From Squalus acanthias (Eukaryota): a stretch of 64,000 bases of DNA. The translations under genes were made by a program, and so were the position numbers. The notes beneath the pieces are model-generated. The model made no database searches and was not told the DNA's origin. It worked only from the letters and a program-made list of their open reading frames with translations. Numbering within the stretch: the first letter of the stretch is position 1; each line of letters opens with the position of its first letter. Shown in pieces: positions 25,951 through 39,547 of the stretch. The stretch spans positions 80,352,001 through 80,416,000 of the forward strand of contig CM059437.1 of assembly GCA_030390025.1 (NCBI GenBank). Reading direction: 5' to 3'.

Positions 25951-28900
25951 ACAATCTCCCCCCAGATTCAGGTGTTTTTCATCGATTTTTGACCAGATAT
26001 TCAGAATGTTACAGAGTCCACTTGGAAACACTGTGGTTAGCTGGCTCTTTCACAGCAGCACTGGGACTGCCGATTGCTTCAGCATCACCATGGCTAAACT
26101 ATCATCTATTCTCCCCATACAGCGCCATAAAGGAAGCATTCCGCGCATGGTTTATTTTATTGCTTGTCTGGTCAGTATTTCCTACAGACAGCGGCTTAAA
26201 GCAGGTGAAGTATCGCGGTGTAAAGTCACCTGCAATATAAAGGCTCATTGCACATTGCTTCAAAACAGGTTTGGGAATCAAAGGATATTCCTGAGAACAG
26301 CGAGACCAAAACATTGTGTTGAGCCAGAGCTGTGCTCCATGGCATTTAAAATAAACACTCTCTCTAACTGGCTGTTGGAAACATTTAGTCTGTTCAACGT
26401 TTCACTCATTTAAAACAAAGTGTGGAAAATAATTCAGGAAACAACAGGTTTAAGTGTGAGTGGCTTCACTCATTTCAAAATAGAAGATGGAAGTAAAAGC
26501 AACAGTTGGGTTGGATTCTTAGTGTTTATTTTTAGTATTTTTTAAAGTTTAATTGATTTATTTCCTTCATCCCACCTGCCCCCTAAACCCCCCCCCCCCA
26601 CCCCCCCAGCTTGCTATAACTTTCAATGATGGCAATATTGTTACAAGGAGGTGTCATGGAATGAACTTGAGTTGGGCAATTCAAACTGTTGGAGTAGGAA
26701 TGGAAATTAAAGACTAGAAACCGACCAGAAATTGAGGCACTTACCCACTGAAATCTAAGTGGGTTTCGTAATCTGAGCACCAGAAGTGTTTTTATGTAAA
26801 TCCATAAAACATCTCACCCACTGTGTGTCATTCGCATTGTTCAGTCCACGTGAGCCAGCCATCAATTGGTTAATATGTTCAGGGGTTCCAAAAGATCCAA
26901 CTATTTTCTAAAACTTTTTGTTGATTAAACAATCAATCATTAACGGTATAACTTCTGATGGGGGCACCAGTTGCAGGCATAAATGGTCAATGAGAACTAC
27001 TCAGCTCACTCTTCATCCGATTTATCCTCTCATTGTTTTATGGAGTGATGCGGAGTGGGTCTAGTGGTGACCCGTGGGAGAAATAGTCCACTGGTTGCCG
27101 CCCCCCAACTTGCCGAACAGATAAAAGCGGAATCTGGGTGTTTTACCCTCAGTTTGCACCAGAAGGTTCCACTGCACTGAGATCAGTGTTGTGGTGGAGA
27201 GGACTGCTGGTCCATAACGCTGGGAATGAGTAGAATATAACACAAAACATAATGCTAATAGTCCACACATAGGAGAATGTCCTACTGGAGCCAGGTAACT
27301 GCAACCACCCCCACTTCCCACCCCCGCCCCATGCTTCCACTGTAAAAAGCATTTTCAGTTACATATGCAACACGAGCAGCGTGCCCTGAGGATCAGATAG
27401 TTTGGTCTTTTTCCGGATTTCTCCGCTCCATCCAGCCGCCCTCCAGTACCTTTGCTCCAATGGCCATTCTTCGTACATGGACCTTGCCAGTACACGTCAG
27501 CAGACCATAAAGGGGAACAGCGCAGCCAAGCTGGATCTTGTCCTCACCCAATGCATGCATACACGTATACATACATTTGCACACGCGTATTCCAGCAGGG
27601 AATCAGGAGCAGGAACTCTGGCTGATTTCCCTGCTCTCACCCCAATTCTGAGGCCAATTTTAGCATCCCCATCACTGCCCCCCCCCATCACTGCCCCCAG
27701 CTGAGCTAAACTAATTCAGGATAGGCCAGAGATGGGACCCGGGACCCTCCTGATCTGTGTGGCTCAGTACACTAGGTGGAGCGTTTACCAAGAGTCAGTT
27801 ACTGTCATAATTTCAACACACTCAGATAATCCACCTCGTGGATTCTCTGCTCTTGTTTTTGCCTGTAAATGCACTATTGGCCTACTGACTGTACACTGAA
27901 AGATTAAAATAGACACACGCACAGCCAAGAGCTGGACTCCAGTCAACACTCAGCCATGGTTAGTTCCCTTTCACAGTGATGCATCAACCGTGAACAGAAT
28001 CAAGTTCCTGGCTTCACACCTTAAATGCGAGTTTCAAAAAAAAACGTAGTTCCCATAAACTCTGAAGCGTCTCAGACTCGCACCCAAGTCACGCACGAGT
28101 GCAAACAGTGTGAGAGGTGAACACAGCAAATTCTGAACACACGACCGCAAGCACAATTGTCAGATTATAGCATCATGCCCTTTAGTGCCGTGATGCTACA
28201 TCATGTGAATTGGACTTGTGCATATTTGTGTCACTTTAGGAGACCTCTCACGAACATGTGAAAGAGTGAAACAGGGAAAGAGATGGACCATCTCCCTCTC
28301 AGGTGAATGTCACATTAGTCTTTGAGAATTTGAGTTTCCGCGTGTTATTTTTTTTCATTGTTTTCAATTGCACAACACTTGGGAGAGGGACAGGGTGACA
28401 GCGAGCGCTGCCCCGTTCTGCTGTCCTCAGGAGTACCCGCCCAGGATTTACATTTTTTTAAATGAGAGATTGTTGGGCACAGTCAAGGCAGCTGGACAAA
28501 GCCACAGTCAGAGGGCAGTGAAAAGTCAGAGCTGGGAGTGGGACGCATAGAAATAAAAAGACCACTCGCTAATTTGAGAACACGTAAAGGGGCGTGGAGA
28601 GGGAATAGTTGAGGGGACGGATAAGAGGGGTGTGTTCCCCCAATTTTTTTTTGGCATGGTTTATGGCCCCTTCCCTACTCCTAATACTGCAATTGCTTTT
28701 GATGTTCCTCCAACTCTTTATATGCGATAGGAAAATAGGAACAGGAGCAGGCCATTTAGCCCATGATCCTGTTCCGCCATTCGATGAGATCATGGCTGAT
28801 CTGTGACCTAGCTCCATATACCCGCCTTTGCCCCATATCCCTTAATATGATGTGATGGTGCCTCGGGAGCGGGGGAGGCGGTTGCATGGGGGTTTGGGTG

Positions 28901-30030
28901 CAAATAATATAGCACAGGCCAGGGACAACTGAATCCACTGTGGGGAAAATCCCATCCTTATTGTTCATTCTTGCTGTACCTTGTAAACTTCGTTTTGATG
29001 TTCTCATCACCCGGCCCAGCCCTGCATGCCTTGCTGCCTCAACAAAGGCATTTTAAACATTTTCCAAGTGAAAGAAACATGGTTTTAAAAACAACACAGC
29101 GATTCATAGGTTATGGGAAGCGAGTGATGTTTTTCGTGTGGTTTTTTTTTAATACATTTTTTTTGCAGAAATTCAAACATAATGAGATCTGATTGATCCA
29201 GGACCACTACAGCTGTATATAACTTGGTGGAATAGATTGATTCGAGCCTAGGGCTGCCACCTGTCCATTTTTTCTTTTGTCCAGAACTTACTAAATGTGA
29301 CCCGGATATCAAAACTCTTGAGTTTCTATTCACCCACGTTTTATTTCTGTGTCTCATGAGGTGGAGCCATTAGTGACAGAGGTTATCAACAAATTGTCAC
29401 ATCGGCAACGTGTCCGAACTCAAGCCACAATTCCCCAACCCTTAGCCTGCAACTCTCCTGCTCCCCACCTGATTTAGGTCGAGGTGACAACCCCACTCGA
29501 GCCAGTGTTAATTGAGGTTTACACACAACAGACTTTGGATTCCTGGCGAACAGGGTTGAAAAGAATATTGCCAACATTGTCTTGCTTTGGACTCCGGGGT
29601 TGTTGCCTGGAAAGCCGGTGCCCTGGGAGCGTGGTAGGGGTGGAGCAGGGGGTGGGGGAGGAAACAGGTATAAGTGCAAGGAATCCAGTGAGGGGAGCAT
29701 CGTACAACTCCAATAACAAACAATCTGTTCAGCTCAGCTTAAGACCGGTCTCTGCAGCTTTTTTGAGCAATCCGACGGGCCTGGTATCGGGCAAGCCACT
29801 GCGGCAAAAGCCAGGGAGGCATGGGCTCGGAATTAACCCTTTCCAGGCCACCAGCCAGCGTCGTAGGTACTGAGCCAAAGTGCCGGCAGGGGGCCCGGAT
29901 CCTTTCGTGACTATAGCTTTTATTTGTTTTGATGTTCTGTCTGTCTGTCTGTCTGTCTGTCGCACTGCAGCAGCCGAGAGGAGGAAAACAACAAAAATAA
30001 TAGAGAAATCAAAAGAAAATTCATCTCTGT

Positions 30031-30212
30031 TCAGGTCAAAGCAGCCACGAATGTCCCAAATCGATTAGAGATGTCCGAATGCAAAGATCTCCAAGTTTGC
30101 ATGGGGCTCCGGCCTTTAGAGTCAGTAAGGTCGTCTGTGCAGTGGACCGACAGGCACTGCAAATGGCTGCCAGTCTGGACTGATGAAGCCTTGTTCTGGG
30201 AAAGCTCGTGGG
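30031..30212 (-). CDS. MN1: MN1 last coding exon (60 aa + stop); not in the ORF track
   Basis: The minus strand reads ...CCCTTTCCAG|CC CAC GAG... With the phase-1 G from exon 1 it translates as [60 protein letters not shown] (TGA at 30033-30031), matching the known MN1 C-terminus. Confidence 0.96.
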
Positions 30213-31164
30213 CTGGAAAGGGTTAATAAACAGAATAAGTTTTAGTTTTCTGGATTAAGGATCATTTCGCTTTCTCTACTTCAAAAACAATCAGATTTTT
30301 CTCCTCGACCGAAAGCAAATCCTCGATCCAACAGCCGCCCCTGTAAACGCTCCTCCGTTAAAACCGTAGGGTTCAACCGTCTGTGGTGGACAACCCCTCC
30401 TTTTCACAGGAACTGTTCCGCTCGGTCATGTCATGAGTTGAACAGCAGAATGTGACAGCATCAATGGAGTGACTAAACTCCAACCCAGAAATTACAGGCT
30501 GGAAAATTATAATTTGAGTAAGGAATTATCATCGCCTGTTAGTTGTGAATAATTTAGATGGGGAAGTGGAGTTACTTTAAGTGAAAGGCCCATCAATTAT
30601 ATCCAGAGGTGACCAAACAGATCAGATTCAAATAAGTTTAAGCCTTCCTTCGGTGTTTCTCTGTGATGATGAGACTTATATTTTCTTCTCTGACGCTGAA
30701 TTTGTAACATTTTTACTTATTGGTCGTCATTCTGCTGTTGTCACCCTGAAGTTGGTTTCCACAAGAACAGTATTCCCATCTCTGTCCAATTGGGTCCACT
30801 CTTCTTGCAACACTGGAACCCTCGGACGTTGCAGAATTCCCCCTTGGGGAGGGGTGTCACTCACAGCACGTACGGGGCAAGGCAAAACATTTTAGAATTC
30901 TCCTCAGCAAAAGGTCAGATTTTAGCATTTGTTGTTTTTCTTCACATGAGGTAAATCACTCTGACATGAAGAAACAAGCAGCAAGAGGTCTGTTTTTTAA
31001 AGCATCAATTTTGGCCAAAAAGCTGAAAGTGATGACATCAAAGGATTTGCTTTCTTAAAGGCATGTGGTCTTGCCGTCTGAAGAGGGCAAGTCAAGTCCA
31101 TTTTTATTTGCGCAGTTGTTCATTTCATACCACACGGTACACACAACACTCAAAAAGACACCAC

Positions 31165-31315
31165 GGGGGTGAAATCCGTCTGGGGCGCTAGCGCGGAGCG
31201 GGCAATAGCGAATCGGCAGCCTCATCTTTTCAAAGACAGTCGGGCGGAGTGTAAAACCAGGCTGCTGATTCGCTATCGCCCATTTTGACCACCGCCCAAA
31301 ACAAATTTCACCTCC
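31165..31315. mobile_element. Palindromic MITE related to 25783-25950 (possibly PIF/Harbinger)
   Basis: Ends GGGGGTGAAAT and ATTTCACCTCC; internal arms GGGCAATAGCGAATCGGCAGCCT and AGGCTGCTGATTCGCTATCGCCC; flanks CAC and CAT. Degraded relatives lie at about 46310-46450 and 7262-7420. Confidence 0.7.
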
Positions 31316-31659
31316 CATGTCTCCACTTCAGTGAAGTACAGTGAGCTCGACCCTAAAGACACAGCAAGCATACCATCCACTTACAAGATTCTGATTCTGT
31401 CAGCTCTTGGGGTGGAGAATCATTATTGTATCATTTTAGTATCTGTAAAAGGTCACACACTGCAGATTATTTGGGTTTTTTTTTTGCTTTAGTACGATAA
31501 TTTTATTCTGTTTCTCTTCCTGCGAACGGAAGGTTACAGAGAATGGATTTCCATTCAGTTCAATTCTCTGGAAATTCCACGTGCAAAAGGTGCAGAACTT
31601 TGAGAATCTTTGCTGAGTTTGTGAATATCAGTTGGTGCAGCAATGGAGCTGCTACATAT

Positions 31660-31800
31660 AAACATAGAAACATAGGAGCCAGGAGTAGGCCATTCGGCCC
31701 TTCGAGCCTGCTCTGCCATTCAATATGATCATGGCTGATCCTCTGTCTCAATACCATATTCCCGCTCTCTCCCCATACCCCTTGATGCCTTTTGTGTCTA
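31660..31800 (-). mobile_element. CR1 3' terminal fragment
   Basis: ACATAGAAACATAGGAGCCAGGAGTAGGCCATTCGGCCCTTCGAGCCTGCTCTGCCATTCAA is the reverse complement of a CR1 3' UTR. Similar short tails lie at 28728-28845 (-), 15982-16060 (-) and 2995-3066 (+). Confidence 0.75.
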
Positions 31801-33093
31801 GTTTATATAAGCACACCTGAGCTAAGCAGGGTAATAATCTGCCAGAGTTCCCCACTCCTGATCGTGTGTGCATGTCAGCCGTTGGCAGGGTTGGGTTTGG
31901 TTGTGACACCTCGTGGTGGAATCGTCTATCGACACTCGCTGCACGCACACATGAAAAATGGCACTTGAGCAAAGTAGCCAGGGCCTACCACTGCCTGTGG
32001 AAGACTACCCACCACCAGTCAGTGCTTATTTGGAATAAAATAAGGTGCAGCCCTCCAGGTGAAACGATAAGGCTCATCGCCGGCTTTATTTCGAACACCA
32101 CTAACATTACTCATTGTGAGACAAGCCCAATTTTACACGGAGCCTCAGCAAAGTTTTTTTGACTGGAAATGATGAGACAAAATTGACACAAATTATTCTC
32201 TAGTCTATTTAAGGCCAGAAGAAAGAGATACCACCTCCTTTAATCAACCACATCTTTCATCTTTGCACTATCTTGAAACAACCGGAAAAGTGCAATTCTT
32301 CTTTCAAAGAATATAATCCCACTCCCTGCCCCCAGCACCACCATATGCAGAGGTTTCAGATGGTAAGGGGAATTCCACAGTTAATTTCTTTAAAAAGATG
32401 TCAACCTGCCCAACCAAACTGGGGTCCAGGAGATGCAAAGCAAGGAATAAAATACCAAAATAGCTTTGAGGCTTTATAGTTACCACCATAAGCCACTCGT
32501 GAGATTGTGTGTTAGACAGGTAACAACAGGACTCAGCTCTGAAACCCGCTGCTCTCCGAATAGGTCAACTCACGAACTTGAGGAGGTGTGTAGTAACAGG
32601 AATAGCGATCACTGACTGACAAAAGGAGTTCCCGTCTCCCATTCATTTCTGCGCCTGACTGTTGGATGACAGCAGAACCTCAAGTGTCGGAACATCTTGG
32701 GACTACAAGGGTGTCCGTTACACTAACACACCTGTAACTCTGAAGGGACAGTCTTCAACGGGTGATTCTGCGATCCCACGCTCCCAGCGTCAAACATCAA
32801 GTTGCGCTCAGAGGGAATGTGGCTTGAAGAATCAGAGTTACAGGATTGTAGCTCTATCACTGACCCCATGCTCCCTGCGAGAATAGGGTTGCGGAATCAC
32901 CCCAATGAGCACATTAATGGTGGAAACCTATATTTTTTTTTTAAGTTCTACTTTAGCGAGACAACATACTTTCAGATTCAGCAAATGTAGAAATGTATCA
33001 AAATAACAACATGCAGTGCACCACAGCAAACATTAGGGCAGTGGAGCTCCTAACATGGCACGAGAACCATATGCAGGCCACTGCCCCTTCATC

Positions 33094-33418
33094 TAAGTTG
33101 CCAACCCTCCTGGATTGTCTTGGAGTCTCCAGGAATTCAAGATTAATCTCCTGGACACTGGCTGCGAGCAAACCAGAACAAAGAGGCGTAAGAAAAAATC
33201 CGAGATGGGTTAGAAGGTTGTTTGACTGACAGTCAAGACTCATCCGATCGGGTAACAAAGAGTCTGTTTGCTTTACAGTTGGTTTGGGAAGGCGGGGCAT
33301 GGTGTGAATGGACGTGTCGGGCAACCAATGGCTGGGAGCGTGGGGGCAGGACAGTTGGAGGCAGGAGGTCATGTGATGAAACCTCGTGGAACACATCCAA
33401 TCAGAGTTGGCAACCCTA
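33094..33418. mobile_element. hAT-type MITE (TIR about TAGGGTTGCCAAC) with a perfect 8-bp TSD
   Basis: Ends are TAAGTTGCCAAC and GTTGGCAACCCTA; CCTTCATC lies at 33086-33093 and 33419-33426. Confidence 0.85.
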
Positions 33419-35067
33419 CCTTCATCTGTGGCCCTCGGCTGGTTTGATGCTCCATGGGCCTTTGGGCCTGCATTCGCAACCTACCCAACTGCAAGCTGGG
33501 CTTCGGTGCGATGCCCCATTCTTGTTCTCCGGCAAAGCAAAGTAAGTGAATGTTATTAGGAGGTAGGGATCATCCCAGCTTCAATGCAGAAAGTGAAAGG
33601 ACCCTATTAAAATAGAACGACAGAGGTATTCGTGTGGCAGTTTTATCCTATTTTGGGGGGCAGAGGGGGTGGGTGGGGAAGGAGTGCCTGGCCTCCACTT
33701 GCCAACTGTCTCCAGTGCCATGACTGAGATTAGGAACTATCACGTGAGGGGTTGACAGACTAAGACCTATGTCCTATCACAAAATTGTGAAGCATTTGGA
33801 GCATTCTTGAGATTGGGTCCTGAGCAAGACGTAGATCAGGATTGTGACCCCTGACCAAATCTTATCCTCCTGTCCTAGAAGATAGTACATTATTGTAGGT
33901 TAATGTAAACATTTACGAGGAACGGGAAAACAGAGTCCTGTTACCCAAAATGGTGGCTGTTCCAACAAAGTGCGTGTATCTCTGAGTTGCACTGTATGGT
34001 ATTTCTATTGCTTGATCAACCTGATACTTTTAGTGATCTGCTGCACAATTAAATGACTAATCAACATTCAGCTCGACTGATATCAGCACAACACATCCTG
34101 TTTAGAAATACGCACCGTGCTTTTTTCGCGCGCTCGCGCGCCGATGTCACGCTGAACACCTCGAACAGCTTTACGTTTTTTTTCAGCCCATGCGCACGCC
34201 AACTGCCCAGCTACAGACTACAAGTAACACGTTTGCTTTATCGCAACATTGTGTCAGCTGTCCTCGTGGAGAACGGCATCTAAAAAAAATAAAGAGGGCG
34301 GTCAGACGTGTCATCAGAGCTATACTCCTCCATCACCCCCCCCCCCTTCCCGCCCCAAAACAAGCAGCGCATCCGATTACAAGACCACTCGCGATTAAAT
34401 CGTGAGCCACCACAGCCTTTAACAGCTACAACGTGAAGGTATCAAGTCTCTCTTCCACCCATTTCCTCCCCTCATTTCCTGATGTTGCTGAATCTTCCTG
34501 GGGTGAGGTCCCATGAGCATTAGCCACCATGTCGAACCTCACCCAAGTAGCCGTTCATTATGTGTGAGCCTGGACAGTGACTGTCAGCAAGCTATTCCAC
34601 CACCAGGAGCCATCATAGCCAAACCTGATCTGGACCTCACCCAACATCCACACCCATGCACTTTCCAGAGGGAGGTCACTGAATAGCAATCGGCTTATTT
34701 GTTGACATTGCCCCTAGCCCAGGGGTTCTGGGGTGAGTTGCAGCACCTCCTCGTGCCTGGTGAGATCAATTAACTCAACACAGCCCAAGGATTGAACCTA
34801 GAAATATATCAAGTTTATAGGATATACTCACACTGGTTAAATCATCATTCCACCTTCGTTATCTATTGTCCAACTATTCCCTTCCCTAGCTGTAAAGATC
34901 TTCTTGGGGTTGTGTACATGCAACACAATTTGACCCCATCCTTAAATTTTCTTTCCTCCTCCTCCTCTACCCCTCACCTTCATAGTCCAACTCCTAAACA
35001 ACACAGCCAAACTAAGGCCCATGTTTCCCTCACTCCAGGGAATGTACCTGAGCGAGCTGTGGCACTG

Positions 35068-37565
35068 CTCACCCCTAGTATCCTCACCCCTGGTACCCTC
35101 ACCCCTAGTACCCTCACCCTAGTATCCTCACCCCTAGTACCCTCACCCCTAGTACCCTCACCCCTAGTATCCTCACCCCTGGTACCCTCACCCCTAGTAC
35201 CCTCACCCTAGTATCCTCACCCCTAGTACCCTCACCCCTAGTACCCTCACCCCTAGTATCCTCACCCCTAGTACCCTCACCCCTAGTAACCTCACCCCTA
35301 GTACCCTCACCCCTAGTATCCTCACCCCTAGTACCCTCACCCCTAGTACCCTCACCCCTAGTACCCTCACCCCGAGTACCCTCACCCCTAGTACCCTCAC
35401 CCCTAGTACCCTCACCCCTAGTATCCTCACCCCTAGTATCCTCACCCCCAGTACCCTCACCCCTAGTACCCTCACCCCTAGTACCCTCACCCCTAGTATC
35501 CTCACCCCTAGTACCCTCACCCCTAGTACCCTCACCCCTAGTATCCTCACCCCTAGTATCCTCACCCCCAGTACCCTCACCCCTAGTACCCTCACCCCTA
35601 GTAACCTCACCCCTAGTACCCTCACCCCTAGTACCCTCACCCCAGTACCCTCACCCCTAGTACCCTCACCCCTAGTACCCTCACCCCAGTATCCTCACCC
35701 CTAGTATCCTCACCCCTAGTACCCTCACCCCTAGTACCCTCACCCCTAGTACCCTCACCCCTAGTACCCTCACCCCAGTATCCTCACCCCTAGTATCCTC
35801 ACCCCTAGTACCCTCACCCCTAGTAACCTCACCCTAGTACCATCACCCCTAGTACCCTCACCCCTAGTAACCTCACCCCTAGTACCCTCACCCCTAGTAC
35901 CCTCACCCCTAGTACCCTCACCCCTAGTACCCTCACCCCTAGTAACCTCACCCTAGTACCATCACCCCTAGTAACCTCACCCTAGTACCATCACCCCTAG
36001 TACCCTCACCCCTAGTATCCTCACCCTAGTATCCTCACCCCTAGTACCCTCACCCCTAGTAACCTCACCCTAGTACCATCACCCCTAGTACCCTCACCCC
36101 TAGTAACCTCACCCTAGTACCATCACCCCTAGTACCCTCACCCCTAGTATCCTCACCCTAGTATCCTCACCCCTAGTACCCTCACCCCTAGTACCCTCAC
36201 CCCTAGTACCCTCACCCCTAGTACCCTCACCCCTAGTATCCTCACCCCTAGTATCCTCACCCCTAGTACCCTCACCCCTAGTATCCTCACCCCTAGTACC
36301 CTCACCCCTAGTACTCTCACCCCTAGTACCCTCACCCCTAGTACCCTCACCCCTAGTACCCTCACCCCTAGTACCCTCACCCCTAGTATCCTCACCCCTA
36401 GTATCCTCACCCCTAGTAACCTCACCCCTAGTATCCTCACCCCTAGTATCCTCACCCCTAGTATCCTCACCCCTAGTACCCTCACCCCTAGTATCCTCAC
36501 CCCTAGTACCCTCACCCCTAGTATCCTCACCCCTAGTACCCTCACCCCTAGTACCCTCACCCCTAGTATCCTCACCCCTAGTACCCTCACCCCTAGTATC
36601 CTCACCCCTAGTACCCTCACCCCTAGTACCCTCACCCCTAGTACCCTCACCCCTAGTATCCTCACCCCTAGTACCCTCACCCCTAGTATCCTCACCCCTA
36701 GTACCCTCACCCCTAGTATCCTCACCCCTAGTACCCTCACCCCTAGTATCCTCACCCCTAGTACCCTCACCCCTAGTAACCTCACCCCTAGTATCCTCAC
36801 CCCTAGTACCCTCACCCCTAGTATCCTCACCCCTAGTATCCTCACCCCTAGTACCCTCACCCCTAGTATCCTCACCCCTAGTATCCTCACCCCTAGTACC
36901 ATCACCCCTAGTACCCTCACCCCTAGTAACCTCACCCCTAGTACCCTCACCCCTAGTACCATCACCCCTAGTACCCTCACCCCTAGTAACCTCACCCCTA
37001 GTACCCTCACCCCTAGTACCATCACCCCTAGTACCATCACCCCTAGTACCCTCACCCCTAGTATCCTCACCCTAGTATCCTCACCCCAGTACCCTCACCC
37101 CTAGTACCCTCACCCCTAGTACCCTCACCCCTAGTACCCTCACCCCTAGTATCCTCACCCCTAGTCCCCTCACCCCTAGTATCCTCACCCCTAGTCCCCT
37201 CACCCCTAGTACCCTCACCCCTAGTACCCTCACCCCTCGTACCCTCACCCCTAGTACCCTCACCCCTAGTACCCTCACCCCTAGTATCCTCACCCCTAGT
37301 CCCCTCACCCCTAGTATCCTCACCCCTAGTATCCTCACCCCTAGTATCCTCACCCCTAGTACCCTCACCCCTAGTACCCTCACCCCAGTATCCTCACCCC
37401 TAGTACCCTCACCCCTAGTAACCTCACCCCTAGTACCCTCACCACTAGTACCCTCACCCCAGTATCCTCACCCCGAGTACCCTCACCCCGAGTCCCCTCA
37501 CCCCTAGTACCCTCACCCCGAGTTCCCTCACCCCAGTACCCTCACCCCGAGTACCCTTCACCCCT
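35068..37565. repeat. 15-bp minisatellite (CCCTCACCCCTAGTA)n, roughly 165 units
   Basis: Directly visible; variants GTAC/GTAT/GTAA/GTCC, CCATC and occasional 14-bp units. Confidence 0.98.
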
Positions 37566-38039
37566 GCACTCACAGAAACCTTTTTCTTAACCTATCAACA
37601 TTTACGTATGAAAAGTAGTTTAGTTGAGAAAAAGAAGCAGCGTCATTACTAATAACACGTCAGATTCTGCGCCAAGAAATCTGCAGTGCATCTACAAGGA
37701 CACCAGCAGACGTACTGAATGACTAGACTGGCAAGTACAACCGTAAAGCATGATGGCATCAGTGGTACTGAACACAGACTCCTGTCAATAATACTGTGGC
37801 ACTCCTGAGAAAGTGACAAACAAGGACAACTGAAGTTGTTCTTAAAATGATTTAAAATTGGAACAAGCAAGTTAAACTCTCGCTCCATTCTAAAATTATC
37901 AGCTGCTGCTTGGCTGCATATATATGAACCCTACTGTCCGCACAACACAACCATCTTATTTGATCATTCTGTATATACACATACACAGGGCTGTGCATGG
38001 GCATAGATTGCTCCCTATGTGCACATACATGACACTTTG

Positions 38040-38450
38040 CACACACATGATCATACTGTAAGCACACATACATGACACTGTGCACACACACATGATCATA
38101 CTGTATGCACACATACACGGCACTGTGCACACACACATGATCATACTGTAAGCACACATACACTACACTGTGCACACACACACATGATCATACTGTAAGC
38201 ACACATACACTACACTGTGCACACACGCACATGATCATACTGTAAGCACACATACACTACACTGTGCACACACACACATGATCATACTGTAAGCACACAT
38301 ACACTACACTGCACACACACATGATCATACTGTAAGCACACATACACTACACTATGCACACACACATGATCATACTGTAAGCACACATACACTACACTGT
38401 GCACACACACATGATCATAGTGTATGCACACATACACGGTGCACACAGAG
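38040..38450. repeat. 41-43-bp CA-rich minisatellite (CACACACATGATCATACTGTAAGCACACATACACTACACTGTG), about 9-10 units
   Basis: ATGATCATACTGTAAGCACACATAC recurs at about 42-bp spacing. Confidence 0.9.
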
Positions 38451-39154
38451 ATTGTACTGTGTGCATATATACATAGCAATGTGCACGTGTACAGATCATA
38501 CTGTACGTGCATATACATGACGATGTGCACACATAAATCGTACTGCACATGCATATCCATTGCAATGTCACCATGTACTCATCATACAGTACGTACACCA
38601 GCTCCAGGAGCAGAATCAAAATATTTCTTTCATGTTAAATTTCTTTAAAGGCAGGAAACTCCCCACTTTGGGCAGAGACAAAAGACCGAAAGAGCCGCGC
38701 AGTTGCTATTTTTGCCTAAAGAAAGAATGACCACACACTATGTGTGGTATTTTCCAAGGAGTTGGGTTATTCCAATGCAAATTAAGTTATGGTAGTTATC
38801 AAAAACAGAAAATATGCCACTGGTGAGGAAGGAAATGACTGAACAAGTACCCACCAGAGGTGCAAGAAGGGAACGAGGAACAAAGAGTCAGGTGATGTCG
38901 GAGCAGAGGGCAGGTGTTGGAACATCTGGCTGGAGAAGATCACAGAGGTGAGGCGAGGTGATGCCATGGAAGAATTTGAAAGCGAGGACTAGGATCTTAA
39001 ATGTCGATTCACCAGGGTACTTTTCAGCAAAAGTCTGAAATACCAGCAGCTGTGGAAGTGTTTCCAAACAACACAGTGCACCGAAAATTCCAAACCGGGC
39101 AGCTCTCTCGTGGCTGACCCCGAGTCCGCAGCTGACACTCACTGTCTTTAAAAT

Positions 39155-39547
39155 GTTTTAATTCTCATCCTTGTTTTCAAATCCCTCCATGGCCTCGCCC
39201 CTCCCTAAGTCTGTAACCTCCTCCAGCGCTACACGCTGAAGATCTCTGCATTCCTCTAATTCTGGCCTCTTGCGCATCCCCGATTTTAATCGCTCCACCA
39301 TTGGCGGCCGTGCCTTCAGCTGCAAAGACCCTAAGCTCTGGAACTCCCTCCCTAAACCTCCCTGCCTCCCTCTTTCCTCCTTTAAGGTGCTCCTTAAAAC
39401 CAACCTCATTGACCAAGCTTTTGGTCACCTGTCCAAATATCTCCTTATGTGGCTCGGTGTCAAAGTTTGGAGGATAATCGCTCCTGTGAAGCGCCTTCAG
39501 AAATGTTACTGCGTTAAAGGCGCTATATAAATGCAAGTTGTTGTTGT
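39155..39547 (+). mobile_element. L2-clade LINE 3' end
   Basis: Near-identical in layout to 4680-5063 and ends in TTAAAGGCGCTATATAAATGCAAGTTGTTGTTGT. Smaller minus-strand L2 pieces lie at about 1-180, 16180-16255, 24420-24600 and 38930-39000. Confidence 0.88.

Noticed and set aside
30176-30212. Hammerhead-like CTGATGAAG...GAAAGCTC antisense to MN1 exon 2
   Set aside because: Stem II lacks the required closing pair before GAAA and stem I does not pair; the sequence is explained by protein coding.
35203-37383. VRVLG-repeat ORFs (up to 305 aa) as proteins
   Set aside because: They are artefacts of a 15-bp unit: they start at GTG, are broken by 14-bp units and have no splice support.
35068-37565. 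Interstitial telomere
   Set aside because: There are no tandem TTAGGG units; the period is 15 bp and only telomere-like words occur.
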